A stretch of DNA of 63,398 bases, the filler included, from Lenisia limosa (taxonomy: Eukaryota; Protista; Breviatea): NCBI GenBank assembly GCA_001655205.1. It is 8 parts of 8 records of this genome, joined end to end, with 100 filler letters (N's around TTAATTAATTAA, not from the genome) between each part and the next. Parts side by side here need not be neighbours in the genome. Positions count along the whole stretch, not along the records: positions 1 to 8,429 come from LPNZ01000099.1; positions 8,530 to 12,568 come from LPNZ01010932.1; positions 12,669 to 20,417 come from LPNZ01007267.1; 5 more parts are not named here. One strand, 5' to 3'. This document shows positions 1 through 12,961 of the stretch, piece by piece. The notes beneath the pieces were generated by a model. That model was not told where the DNA came from. It worked only from the letters and a program-made list of their open reading frames with translations, and did not search any database. The translations under genes were made by a program, and so were the position numbers. How positions within the stretch are numbered: position 1 is the stretch's first letter; the number at the start of each line of letters is the position of its first letter.

Positions 1-229
1 GAGGAGGAGGATTGCGTGCTTTATGTATGACCCGCAAGACTAACTTTATAGAATCTGCTCCATCCACTTCGGAATCCTGGTACTCTGACTCGCAAAATCA
101 AGGGGTATGTTTTCTGATGAAATATTCAGATACAAGATCCTGTTGTTTTACTATTTTCACCTCTATTGATTCTCTTATGTTTAGCCATCAGAGTTGATTG
201 AGGGTTGTCTCAATCAACTCATAAATATT

Positions 230-3200
230 TCATTTTCATTTCCTCCGCGCAGCCTCGCAGTGACAGCTTGGTTGTGGATTCGAGTCCCCTCAGTGTACCC
301 GAGACAACGGCTTTGCCAAAGATCCACTTCATGTTCTCAATGCTCGGTCTTGAGTTTCTATATGTTATAACAGGCGGCAGATTGCGGGTGAGTGGGTGGG
401 TTTGTCCAGTATTAAGAAAGCAGAAAATAATATGAACACCATTCGTTTCTATTAATATTCGGCTCATCTTTTTTTTTTTTTTTTGTTGTATGACATATTT
501 TGTAATATATACAGTATATAAATTGATTGACCTCTTTAGGGAATCATCCGGAAGCAAACTCTCATTCAAAGACTGCGTGCGTAACTGTTTTTTTTTGTGT
601 AGGTACAGTAATGTAATATTTCTATTTTCGGACTGAAGACTCAAGGGGCGGTGTCGATTACATGCACTGTATTCCTAGCAACCTTTGGTATTATCCTCTT
701 TTTGTTACTGGTTCATCATGCCAAGGATCTGCCCTTGCCCCCTACAACAGACAGGGATCCTGATTTTTTTCGGATTTCCACAAAATTCCATGTATGGGAA
801 TAACAACTTTTCAAATCGATTTAATAGCTCTCGTAATAGCTCGTCATGTTTTCCTTTAAAACTCTGTCAACGTTGATAGGATGCACTTGAGCTGGGGGAT
901 TCCCGAGCCTGCTGTCTCTTCTTTACACGCAAGGTATATGTTGTGTGAAGCTTAACTAGAGAGAAAATATATCCACAAATAATAGAACTAAAGTACAACA
1001 ATATTAATACAGAAACAAACTATTCAAGGCCTATAAAGTCACCATTATTCTCGTCTATATCTGCCAAAACAGATTTGCGCTGGAAGTCCAAGTCCTAAAC
1101 GATTCACTTACATCATGACCCCCAAGAGAAGAAAAAGAAAACCCTACAAAGTATATCTACCCATATATCCTGTTAAACTGCGAACCTTTGCCACTTTGCC
1201 TTGTTTGACGCCAATGAGAATGGCAACTCCAAACACAATGGGCACAGTCACAATGACCGCAAACACCGCTACAACAAGAAGCAACTACAAAAGTGAAAAG
1301 GATAGAATGTTGAACATCGATTAAGAATTGTACCTCCATAATCATCATTTCCACCAGCACCATCAGCATCACTACCACTACCACTAAAACAACAATCACG
1401 ACAGTCACCACCACCACAATATAACAAATAAACTCTAAGTATCTTCCATTCGCATGCATAGCTTTGGCTCGAAAATCCAGCCCACTCACCTTAAATGACT
1501 CATTGACAGACCCTAAATAGGCGTTGCCAATAAGCAAGATGACGACGTTTGCAGCTAGAGAGAATCCGTCCTAAACACAGTGAGTTTGGGGCAAACTATA
1601 TCGATATACACATTCATATCAGGCCTATTCTCTTATACTAAAACTATAAAATGAGAGTTAATGCATAGTTGCTTTAACAGTTCTCTTTATTTGTAAAGTA
1701 AAAAATTCATTATTTTCTTCTAAAAGGAGCTTAAAGATAATACCAATAGAAGCTTACCAAGAAGTTATACATGGATGACCTGAATGGCATGATGATAAGG
1801 TGAAGGAAGAAGAAAACACACACCACTGAGACGCCTATGCTGATCTAGAATGTCAGAACTAAAAAATGTCAACTCAGGTTTCAGATTACATAAACCCGTC
1901 AATAACAATATGAGACACTTAAACTCCACGTACTTGCAGCTGTATGCGCGAGCTGAGAAAAAGAGCACACACAATTACGGCCAACTTCCTGAAAAGCTGC
2001 ACAAGTTCCCAAAAGACCGCGGATTTTGTGTATCTGTTGAATTTGAATTACCAAAACCATAAAAAGGTTCTACTTTTCAAATGTTATTATTTGTAACTAC
2101 AATGCCCATATCATATGATACAATTGTAACCGATTTCCATTGATTACAAGTGAAATCGGGTAAGGCTTATCACGGTCACAGCGCAACCTCAACTCTTAGC
2201 ACGCACCTGGCATAGGCAAAACCAAGGAGGCAATATGTGGTGTCTTCATACGGTCGTTTTTTTGACCACTTTACTGCAATGTACAGCAGCGTAGGGACCA
2301 TAAGGATGACAATGACAGCCAAGGCCTGAGAGATGGACAAAAGAAAGAAAATTAAATATTGGCTTGAAAATTGCCATTACGAAGTGGACGTAAGTCATGG
2401 TTATTCAGAGAAATAGTATTGACGATAATACGCCTTTGTTAACAAAATCCGTTCAAATAAAGTCACCAGGTAGGCTCTTACAATAGCAAAAGGAAGAAAT
2501 GATTCGTATTCATCATCATAGCAGTTGACTGCGGGCTGTGCGTCGAGGGTCCAGCTGTTTCCGGACTGGGGAGTAAAGGCATTTGTTGGCTTGGCAGAAA
2601 GGATAATACCATATTACATAGCAAAGACGTTAATAGAAAGAGGTATTATTTTATTGACATTTGTTTAGATAGCCCTGCTCCTCCCCCACCTCAGAGCAGT
2701 CGAAGAACTCCAGTACAACTTTGGCAAGGGGAAGATAGAAGAGGAGCAGAACGTTCTAAAACTGTGAACAATACGCCAATTCCAACGTTCTGATGGTATA
2801 TGTTTTTTAAAAAATGATAGGATATTATTTTTAAAGGCTTCCTTGCTCCAAAAAAGACTAGATGTGTCAAATAGTCCATCTACAGTTTAGAAACAGTTTT
2901 AGAAACCAGACTCATTTATTTGAGAAAGGGGAAATGAAGAAAACAAATTTACAAATAGGTAATTCACCTACTATTCCAACATAAAACGACCTAAGATGCC
3001 AAACCAACTGCAATAGATCTGAGAAGTCCGAGCCTTAAATGGGCTTTGTCATCCTTGGTGAGAGGTGTGGATATTCTCCACATGATTTGGTTGATTGTCG
3101 AGGGAATTGGACGGGGTGGCCGTCTACACTGTAACCAGTATTTGTTACATTTGTGACCATATAACCACAGAGTGTCAAATATGCTTGGGATATCCCCATC

Positions 3201-6200
3201 TATTCAATTTGTGATTTTACTGGTAATGACTAGCAGATACACAATAAGAAATGTCTAATAACTCCAACCATTCCAATATTGTTGGCATAAGTTTCGACTT
3301 GATTTGATTACAAATATTGTTTATCAACGTGATAGAGCTTCAGCTATGTAACAATATATGACACCCCACTAACTCAGCCGCCTGTTTCCCCCTCATGGAG
3401 TTAATAAAAGACACCAGAGACGAGAGCATGAAGAGGCCGAAGAGGAGGGATATAGCTGCGACTGGCGAAAGCATCTTCAGAATGTACTGGGGGGTAAACA
3501 CTACCAGACCCAGGGTAATTATTTTCGAAAGTGAAACGTCAAATAGTATGACATTTTTTCACATTTCTAAACATCCACAAAATTAACTACATTTCATGTG
3601 ATATGATATATACATATGATAGTTTCTTTATGATATAGAGTATCTCTCACCTTTTCATAGTAGGTAAAATTGCTTCCAATGGCGCATTCAGGAGCTGCCA
3701 ATTCAACTAAAAAGGTTAATGATCAAACTAAAAACGGACCACTATCAAATAAATACTCCATTGAATAATGCTAAAGAGGGAGCGTACTGTTTGCATTAGC
3801 GATACTGAGAACGAGGAAAGCGTCTTTGACACTCTCTGGCCAGGACACCTACAGATTAAATGCTCTCATGATTAAGCTGTATCATAACTGATATTGGTAA
3901 ATTGTTCTTTCAGGATACATTTTCTCAAAAAAGAAAACTTCAATCGTGTACATATGATGATAGACCACTGTGTATTGGAACTTACCTTGAACGCAGGGTA
4001 AAGTGCAGTGATTTGAAGGAAATTGAAAAACAACCTGGCAGCTCCGAAAGTCTCGACTTGGCCGGGGCGATAGCTGTAGAATTACAAGTTTGTGCTGACA
4101 CTGTGTGCAGATATTATTAAATATGATATGCATGTAAAATGCATGTACATACATGTAAGTGACATTTTTGGGGCAAACCTTGAAAAGAACAAGACCATGA
4201 GAAAGACGACAAGAATCGTCCCAACAATTGGGAGGAATATGAGGGAGGTGTTTGAGCATTCATTACAAGTCACATCAACTTTGAAGTAGTTCTGGAAGAA
4301 ATGAAATAAAGCTAACACCAAAAAGAAACCAAATGGTATCAGCATGGACACTGCTTTGGTTAAGTGATAATGAGCGATGCATTCTAAATCACTTACCAGG
4401 TCACATTCGGAGCATAGGTATCCAGTGTAACCCCGGGCACAAGTCGAGTTTTGTAGACATGCTGCAGGGTGGAGACATTCAGTAAACTCTGGATTAATTA
4501 GTGATCATCAAATCATTGCTTACTACAAAAGCAAAGCGGGAACATTGATAAATTCTAGCAAACCTAGGTCATTTGAGTAGGCTCGGAAGTATCCAGGCGC
4601 AGAAACAGGAACAATTTCGGCACTAATAAAAGATAAGGATAGAGAGAAAACAGCCGTAATAGAAAAACAAAATACAGACCAAGTACCCCCCCTCTTACCC
4701 TGAACCTTTAATTGACTCACAAACAGCCCCATCAGGACAGTTGACACATATCGAGCCTTGTCGATAGGCTGAGCTAAAAGAGTGAAGAAGGACCAAATAG
4801 AAAATTAGAGGATGACGAGGGAAGAGACAATAAGGAACCCATTCTTACTTCTGACAAACACATTGTGAAGCTGACGTTGAGCCCACAAAGGCGGTAGTTT
4901 CCAGCTCGGGGCATTGGAGGCAGACGGAATCCCCGACAGTGGCCTTGTATGTACCGAGTGGACAGAATTGGCAGAGTGAAGCGGATGTGTCTTCAAGAGT
5001 AAGAGTATAAAGTGGTTTGATGAGTGTGAAGAGCACATATTATTGAAAAAAATTAGAGACTGATGTGTCCAATTTGAAATATCAGGGTAAAACCGTCAGC
5101 TTAAGCACTCTAATAGGAGATCTTTAAATGGAAAAAGATTTACGCTGGAAGGTGTGATTTTACCACTTCGAAGAAATAACCCCTTTTGCACACCTCTCAA
5201 TCCTGAGCCCTCACTGCAAGCGCATGTCAACTGGTTCTCAGCACTGACGATCCTGGTTTCTCTGTTGTTGTCAGAGGTTGAGTAGTTTTAATATACGCTG
5301 GCTGTTTTATTAGATCATTACGGTAATAAATTGAAATTTGAATAAAGCAACTGAATGATAGAGTGGGGGAGTTGTGGATGTTTGCATACAAAGGAAGGCA
5401 CTTGCAATCCTGAAGGGCTGTTGAACCGGGGCTATCAGTGAGGGCCTTGAGGCCGCATGAGGAGCAGACGCCGTCCCATTCGTCGTTATAGGTGTTCCTA
5501 TGGTGTTGAAATAACATAGAAAATAGAGTGGAATAATGTATTCGAACATTCAAATGATGAGGATCAAGGTAGTTACAAAAAGACTGCAATATAATACTCT
5601 TGGAAACAAGCCAGAGAGTAAATATATTTTGGAAATAAGAGTAAATAAATTTCTAAAATAAAGGTACGTTCCAATTCATGATTTGTCCCAACACTAACAT
5701 TGGACACGGGGTACAGGCAGAGCCGGTCTCGTAATTAAGGGTCCATCCTGGGGGACAGGCACAGTACTGTCCAGCTCCAACATGCGCTCCAAATTCCTTG
5801 AATAAAGAGTTAAACATTTATTATTTCAATGTCACTCCAATAAATAATGGAGATGTGACAGACAGAGCTTATTCCGCATCTTACTCCTATTGAATACTTT
5901 ATCAAAGGAATAACAATAGAGAATAATAAATTCATATACTCCTATTTTTTTTTAAAAATAATACTGGGATTGTATTGGGCTCTACAGTCGCTCACCGGAG
6001 GATCTGTTCCAAACAGCGCCATAAGATAGGGGCAGTAGCAGCCACCTCTTGGGTAGAAAGGGGCCGGGGCATTGACACCAGGCCAAACGGCCAAAACGTC
6101 GTCAGATATCAAGCCACGCTTGTGGAGGGCTTCAGGATTGGTCTGGAGCGGTGATGTGTGAATAAGAGGAAATTGAATAGAATATAAGGAGAAAATACAT

Positions 6201-8200
6201 AATAAATGGAGATATACGGATATTTACATTCACATCTCAATAGGAGTCTCTAATTTACCATAAGAACCTAATGGTAACACTTTGGCTGACCTCATTGCCA
6301 AGTTGATGGGAGATGTGAGTGTTAACAGCGGTTGCATGGCATTTACTACATAAATAGCGTCCTTCCTCCTCCTGGTACTCCCCTGTGTGGTTATATATGT
6401 GAATATTTGTTTTTGAAGTGGAAGGGCAGCGGTTTGGTGAATGGACTGTAAATCAATAAAGCATCGGGTGAACACATTATTCCTACCATCAGCACAGCTG
6501 ATGCAGCTTGATACAGTTCCGCTTTGGTAGTAATAGCCTGGAGTCAATTATGGTTCTACTTCAAAAACGAAATGGTATGCACTACACATTATGCAATTGT
6601 GTTTCCGTTATACAAAAATTAAATCCAACAGTGAACAAACCTGGGCTGCATATGCATGTTGTTTCACCACCAGGAGGCCATGGGCCCTGGGAAAGTGAAT
6701 TTTAACAGTGATTCGAATTGAAGAAAAATAATTTCACTACTAATGGAGAGAAACACATAATTTATCAAACTGAGTATTATGTGTTTTTGTATGTACATGG
6801 TAAAACCAGAATTAAAAAAAAACAGTTTACAAATCCCTTATCAAACCTCGATAGCGTTAGCGGTAATGTCTTTACATGGCATGCCAAAGACATCCGTTTC
6901 TTGGAATACTGTGTCTTTGCCAGCAGGAAGGTTGATTTCAAACCAGACCTGAAAAGTAAAAAAAATAAACGTTGATACTTTGGAACCTGATAACACACTT
7001 AGATGATATGGGTTTATAAAATGACAAACACAGCAATATGGCAGTATTATAGACATATTATGATATGTAGAAAGAGAATAAAAATGGCAGTGCTGAAAGC
7101 CTCCAATATTATCTCACGAAGAAACATTTGATTAAAACTACAGAAATTCACCCTATAATTTGCTTTTCAAATCTGCGGTGTTGAAATATAGTATAAGTAT
7201 TAATCTAAAACATATCTGAATTAGACAACGCAAGAGACCAACTTGGTGAAAGATGTTTTTTCTTGGTGCAAACTGGAGATCTGTAAAGATTGCAAGGCCG
7301 TCCTAGAAAATAAACATAATAAACACCTGTGACAGGTTTCTTACACTTCCAGGTTAGTAGCAATTATAACACAATTTTTTATTTTTATCAAATCAAATGA
7401 TATAAGTGTATGTTTTTCAATATAGCTAGATATACTACACACATACATACATACTAACACCCCTCCAAACAGATGTCAAAACTTCATTGCCCCGAAGGAG
7501 AGAGGGGTTCGGGGAGACTTTCATTGTGATAATTGCCTCATACGAGGTGACAGGGGATCCTAAAATATCCGTCTAAAGAGTAAAAAAAAACTGTATTGTG
7601 GTAATAGTTTGTTTTAAGAAGCGACGCGCGGACAATTTGAACTTGGGGAGTGTTTTCAAGGATGTCAGCTGTGACTGGAATCCGCTCATCGACTCCACGA
7701 ACCACTTGCATTGATTTCGGTTCAGCAGTGATAGGGAACGCTCTTCAACAGTCAATCAAAATGTTAGCTAGCAAATGGCTAAGTCTGTCATCATGACTCG
7801 GAGGATCTTTCGCCCCTTACATGCAGGTTTCCATACAGGTTTTGATACAAAGCTGAGAGTCTCGAAGAGCAGGCAGGTAAAGGTCGAGGCTAATGACCTA
7901 CAGGTGACTTTGAGGAAACAATTGAAAATAAAACAGATTGACATAGTTATTCATTTAGAAATGAAGTACAGTGTATACAAATAGTGGTGATCTGTGCCTA
8001 CTTCAGGACTCAAAAACTCAGCTACTGCAGAGTAGTCCACCCCTTCACTTCGAATAACTACATTCAAAGCCCTGAGCGGTGAACCATATGACAGAAAGGG
8101 GCAGTTCCACCTTGATATTACAAGTATTATATATGAATATGCAGCATTAGTGGATAACTCCATCTTGAATTGTAATACTAAATGAGAAATTTGCAATCAA
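230..8200 (-). CDS. Large multi-exon membrane protein: beta-rich/Ig-like ectodomain, Cys-rich GCC2/GCC3 (ephrin-receptor-like) repeats and C-terminal multi-pass TRP/Pkd2-like domain; partial, boundaries approximate
   Basis: Minus-strand exons read GEYQEEEGRYLCSKC (~6330-6390), CPLGTYKATVGDSVCLQCP (~4900-4975), CARGYTGYLCSECD (~4395-4445), WTLDAQPAVNCYDDEY (~2500-2570) and LLGFAYAR|YTKSAVFWELVQLFRKLAV (2210-2240 spliced to 1930-2030), followed by hydrophobic helices at 1780-1850, 1490-1570 and 1170-1290; GT-AG junctions throughout. Confidence 0.8.
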
Positions 8201-8429
8201 ATCGTAGCATACATGTTTGTGAAATGTTGTCCAATAACGACGACATTGCAAAACCCCTGCGGACATGCGCTGGGGTAAACAGCTGAAACCTCCTGGAAAT
8301 TCAATTGTTAAGCGGAATTAAATTTTTTTGAGAGTGTATGTCCGAAATTTATTTCACACATACATGTACATAGGTGGAGGCACATGAGTGTGGGCACCCA
8401 CATGAGTGTGGGCACTTTTTCATTTTTTC

Positions 8430-8529
8430 NNNNNNNNNNNNNNNNNNNNNNNNNNNNNNNNNNNNNNNNNNNNTTAATTAATTAANNNNNNNNNNNNNNN
8501 NNNNNNNNNNNNNNNNNNNNNNNNNNNNN
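8430..8529. other. Artificial scaffold-joining spacer (44N-TTAATTAATTAA-44N); identical spacers at 12569-12668, 20418-20517, 33148-33247, 35357-35456, 47508-47607, 51020-51119
   Basis: Seven exact 100-nt copies; the core gives stops in all six frames; the gene content on either side is unrelated. Confidence 0.97.
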
Positions 8530-8572
8530 TATGGAAATTTGGATAGTTTTTTAAAACCGAGACATTTTATAA

Positions 8573-9174
<602 letters not shown>

Positions 9175-9189
9175 ACATGCGAAGACTAT

Positions 9190-10530
9190 GGAAGTCTTCG
9201 CCTCTTGTTATGTATTTTACTTTTTTTTTTGCTTTCTTCAGCGCACTTAAAGAAGTCGGGTGGATTATGTGGTTTTGACTTGAAGCAAAATCCCCTGTTA
9301 TTGACATAAGATTTAAAACTCTGATTTGAGCCAACCTCACGGGATAAAGGCCGCAGGCCAGATGAAGATATTTATTAATAAAAATGAGAAGCAGTCTCTT
9401 TTGAAAATCTTCGTACCATACTTTTCTGACAAGTTTTTTTTTAGTTTCATTTTGTCAAGATCTTTTCTTTTGCTCCTTTTCTTTTCGCCTTGAATTGAGG
9501 AGATTCTGTAGATCTGCCAATTCCATGCTTACCTAATATAATAAGATGGAGAGAAGTAGATATAGTATGTAGACACTATGCCTTGGATATGATTATCTTT
9601 TACTCACGCTTTTCACTCTATCATATTCCCTGTTCATACCATGGGCTTTGTTTTGTTTTTTGCTACTGGGGGTGGTAATGGTTTGAACGTTCTTTGGATA
9701 TTGGCCGACGATGAAGTGTTAATCTAAAGGTAAATAACACAGGCAAAAGCACCAACATGCGTTTTGGCCATTTCCTGATATTTTTTAGCATTTTTGTTCC
9801 CGGGGTCGTATCGCAGGGCTGCTTCAAAATCCGAGAGTGCCGCCTGAAATTTCGACTGCTTGAAGTGTCTAAAAGGTTGAAGGAGTAAAATTTTTGGTTT
9901 ATGATATACTCATTGCAAGAGAGAGAGAGAGGGGTGAGGGAGAGGGGTTGACAATTGGGCATACACTGCTCCTCGGGCAACAAAAGCGTCAACACATTTT
10001 GAATCGATTTCTAAAATAGTGAAACTCAGCTTTCATATGATTTCTACAACAGTGAAATACAATATAGCTTTCAGTTGAAATATTTCTTGGGTGAGTGATT
10101 ACCTAGGGCATGTGAGTAATGCTTGAGAGCCGCAGGGAGATCCCCATTCCGGTAGTGCTTTATGCCGCGTTGAACACTGGGCAATTGAAGTCAGTAAACA
10201 ACGATACTGCTTGTATATCACTGCTAGTAGAGTGTGTATATTAGAGTATGGCATACCAACAGCTTCTCTAATAAATTCAAAACCTCACCTTTCTTGAGCC
10301 CAAACCCCGTTCTGATGATCACGCAGCGCTTCATAACATTTACCTACAGGAAATCTAATCGTAAATGTCTACAATCATTCTTACGTGGATGGCAGATGGG
10401 TAAGACTTCTGTAGGGATCAATTTTGTAGTACTCAACCAAAGTTGGAGTCATGATCCCAAACCCAAATAAGACTTGCAGACTTGAGTAAGACAGGGATCA
10501 GGAAAAAATCTCAGAACCTAAATGAGAGAA
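9190..10530 (-). CDS. TTC14: Tetratricopeptide-repeat protein, TTC14-like (ends approximate)
   Basis: Exons give YEALRDHQNGVWAQES|VQRGIKHYRNGDLPAALKHYSHAL|...DAFVARGAV|...HFKQSKFQAALSDFEAALRYDPGNKNAKKY, which matches the TPR block of TTC14 from memory, followed by a basic low-complexity tail. Confidence 0.62.
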
Positions 10531-11050
10531 TGACTTGAGGAAAATGGAGAGGAGAGAGAGGGAGGGGGAAGTATTTGCCTTTTCCTTAAAAAAACGTAGA
10601 TAATTAAATAATAATCAATAACCAACACAGGATGTTGGTTGTGTTTATTTTTTCATTTTTTTTTTTATTATTGTTTTTTATTTTTTTTTATTTTTTCACC
10701 CCTGACCCCGCCGGTTTGAATCGGAAATGGTCGGAAGCAGAAAAAACTCGTATATGGATGGATAACCTTTTAATATTCAATTAGTATCTGTTGATCAAGA
10801 GTTTTGTACTTACAATGTAACTTGCGAATGGTGTGATCAAATGCGTTGAACTTATTACCTGGATTGCCCACTTTTTGAATTCTAATGAGATGTATCTGCT
10901 CCTGAAACTTGGTATGGCTTTACGAGGGGTGATTGGGTTCAACACAATTCCTATATGAAGATTGGGCTTGAATTATTTGTCAGTTTGATCTTGTGTATTC
11001 TCATTTTGTGACAGTGTACTTTGTTGAGCATTGTATTTGATAACCAAGCT

Positions 11051-11232
11051 AAGCTATATTCTTTGCTTTGCATATTTATAATATACTACTATTTATGATA
11101 TGGGTCTGTGGCTTATTAATTTATTAACAGACGAGATTCAGAAGCTATATTCTTTGCTTTGCATATTTATAATATACTACTATTTATGATATGGGTCTGT
11201 GGCTTATTAATTTATTAACAGACGGGATTCGA
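11051..11232. repeat. Near-perfect 91-bp tandem duplication (2 copies)
   Basis: aagctatattctttgctttgcat...ttaacagacgagattc begins at 11051 and again at 11142. Confidence 0.9.
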
Positions 11233-12860
11233 AGACATTCACATTCAACTTCTCTCTCTTCAGTTGTCTTTCTGACTGTGACTGAATCTACAAGGGTACA
11301 TTTTTACTAAACTGTTTCTTATTGAGTTAGCTATTTTTCATGATTCATATTTAAGCTTGCTCTTAAAAAAAGTTCTGATCTCTTGAAGTTAATGAAACAT
11401 AGTCTTTTCATAAGTTTTTCGTATATGAGTCTTAGGAGCTGTCAAAGCGCCCCCTCCCCCAACTCCCTCTAAGTTAAGTTTGTAACTAATTTTATCTATC
11501 CTCACCCCCCACGTACGGGATTCAATTCCATTGGTTGAGGTACAATTTGCTCTTTTGCATTTTTTCTCTTATTCGTTTTTTTTTTTTTACATTTCTTTAT
11601 GATATACTACTACTACCAAATACTATAATATCAAATATATCATATAGTACATGTCACACTTTCATTGAATTATTATCTCGACTGTTGTAAGATGCTGTCG
11701 TTTATTTGCTGCCATACACTGGACTATTCTTAGTATCTACGCCTCTCCACGAGGCTTGGAACAAGAGAAGAATCCAACCAAAAAAAATTCCTAAAAACAA
11801 ATTTCTGTTGTAGTTATGCCCACCCTGCACTTCATATTGCAATGGTACAACAATGTATTACAATTTGTGAGATTTTCAAATTCGGAACTATCAGTTTTCT
11901 CGAAATTGACAAGCCTAAATAAAAATTGATAAATTTGAACCGCTAAACCACCCACATATGATGTGGATATAGATCAACTTGTCGAGAAGACCCATAGGCT
12001 TGAACTTTTGACGTAGATAATTCTTTTTTTTATATGATTGGAGACTCAAAGATATTGCTGTTGATTACAATAAACACCTGCATGCCCCATTGAATGATAG
12101 GCAAGTAAAATAAAGTGTACTAAAATGTAACTAAAAACAGCACCTTAGTAGACAGACGGTCTCAGCAGAGTGCACTGTACTCACAGATGAATGTCCTAAG
12201 TGGTGACTTTTGCGGGAGAGCAAACACGAAAAACAACAATATCTGCTCAAAAAGACAAATTTAAACAAGAATATTCTCAAAGCATGCCTAAAGATATCCA
12301 ATAAGTAATAATAATATCACTTACTTCTTTGAGAAAACTTAGCAAAAAAAGAACAGAAATGGTCACTTCGGGTAAGAAGAGAAGGAAAGAGCAGGGAGGG
12401 GAGCGCCATTCAGGCATCACGGATTCACCTGATGACTTTTTAATGACAACTTTCAAGTGTTGTGTCATCTAAATTATTAATTAAGAAGGATGCTTCAGAC
12501 CCCATATCAGTCCATGGAAAACATCAATTTTCCAATCGTCTTCTGATTTCTTACTTCTGGATATATACNNNNNNNNNNNNNNNNNNNNNNNNNNNNNNNN
12601 NNNNNNNNNNNNTTAATTAATTAANNNNNNNNNNNNNNNNNNNNNNNNNNNNNNNNNNNNNNNNNNNNTGAGTAGCATTCGCCGCATTAGTATTGCGTCT
12701 TCCCACATGCTACCACAGCATAAATGCCCACCTAGGGCTTCTCATTGGTTCCAAAAAAGACTGAATTTCTCCAAAATCCTCGAAAACTATCGATACTTTA
12801 CCAGTCTTTTTTGAACCGAAGTGAAGCCCTACACACACTTCTCATCTATACACCCCCCAG

Positions 12861-12961
12861 GCCCGCACTGCGGCCATCACGCAAGACGATATGGCAAAAA
12901 AACGTTCGAACGTTGTCCAAAATGCAGCCGGACCGGGATGCGGAAGTCTTCGATATTCATT
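12861..12961 (+). CDS. Isolated exon of an unidentified gene
   Basis: Flanked by cccccccag acceptor and gtgagt donor; GC-rich and open in more than one frame (one reads PHCGHHARRYGKKTFERCPKCSR); frame not resolved. Confidence 0.35.

Noticed and set aside
9643-9662. gggctttgttttgttt as an antisense copy of the directional intronic repeat
   Set aside because: It is only a ~15-nt low-complexity match without the other modules; noted as the one possible counter-example.
10750-12560. Possible exons on both strands (e.g. DAVVYLLPYTGLFLV at ~11690 +, LRQKFKPMGLLDKL at ~11990 -)
   Set aside because: I could not build a consistent spliced model or recognise a domain, so these are left uncalled.
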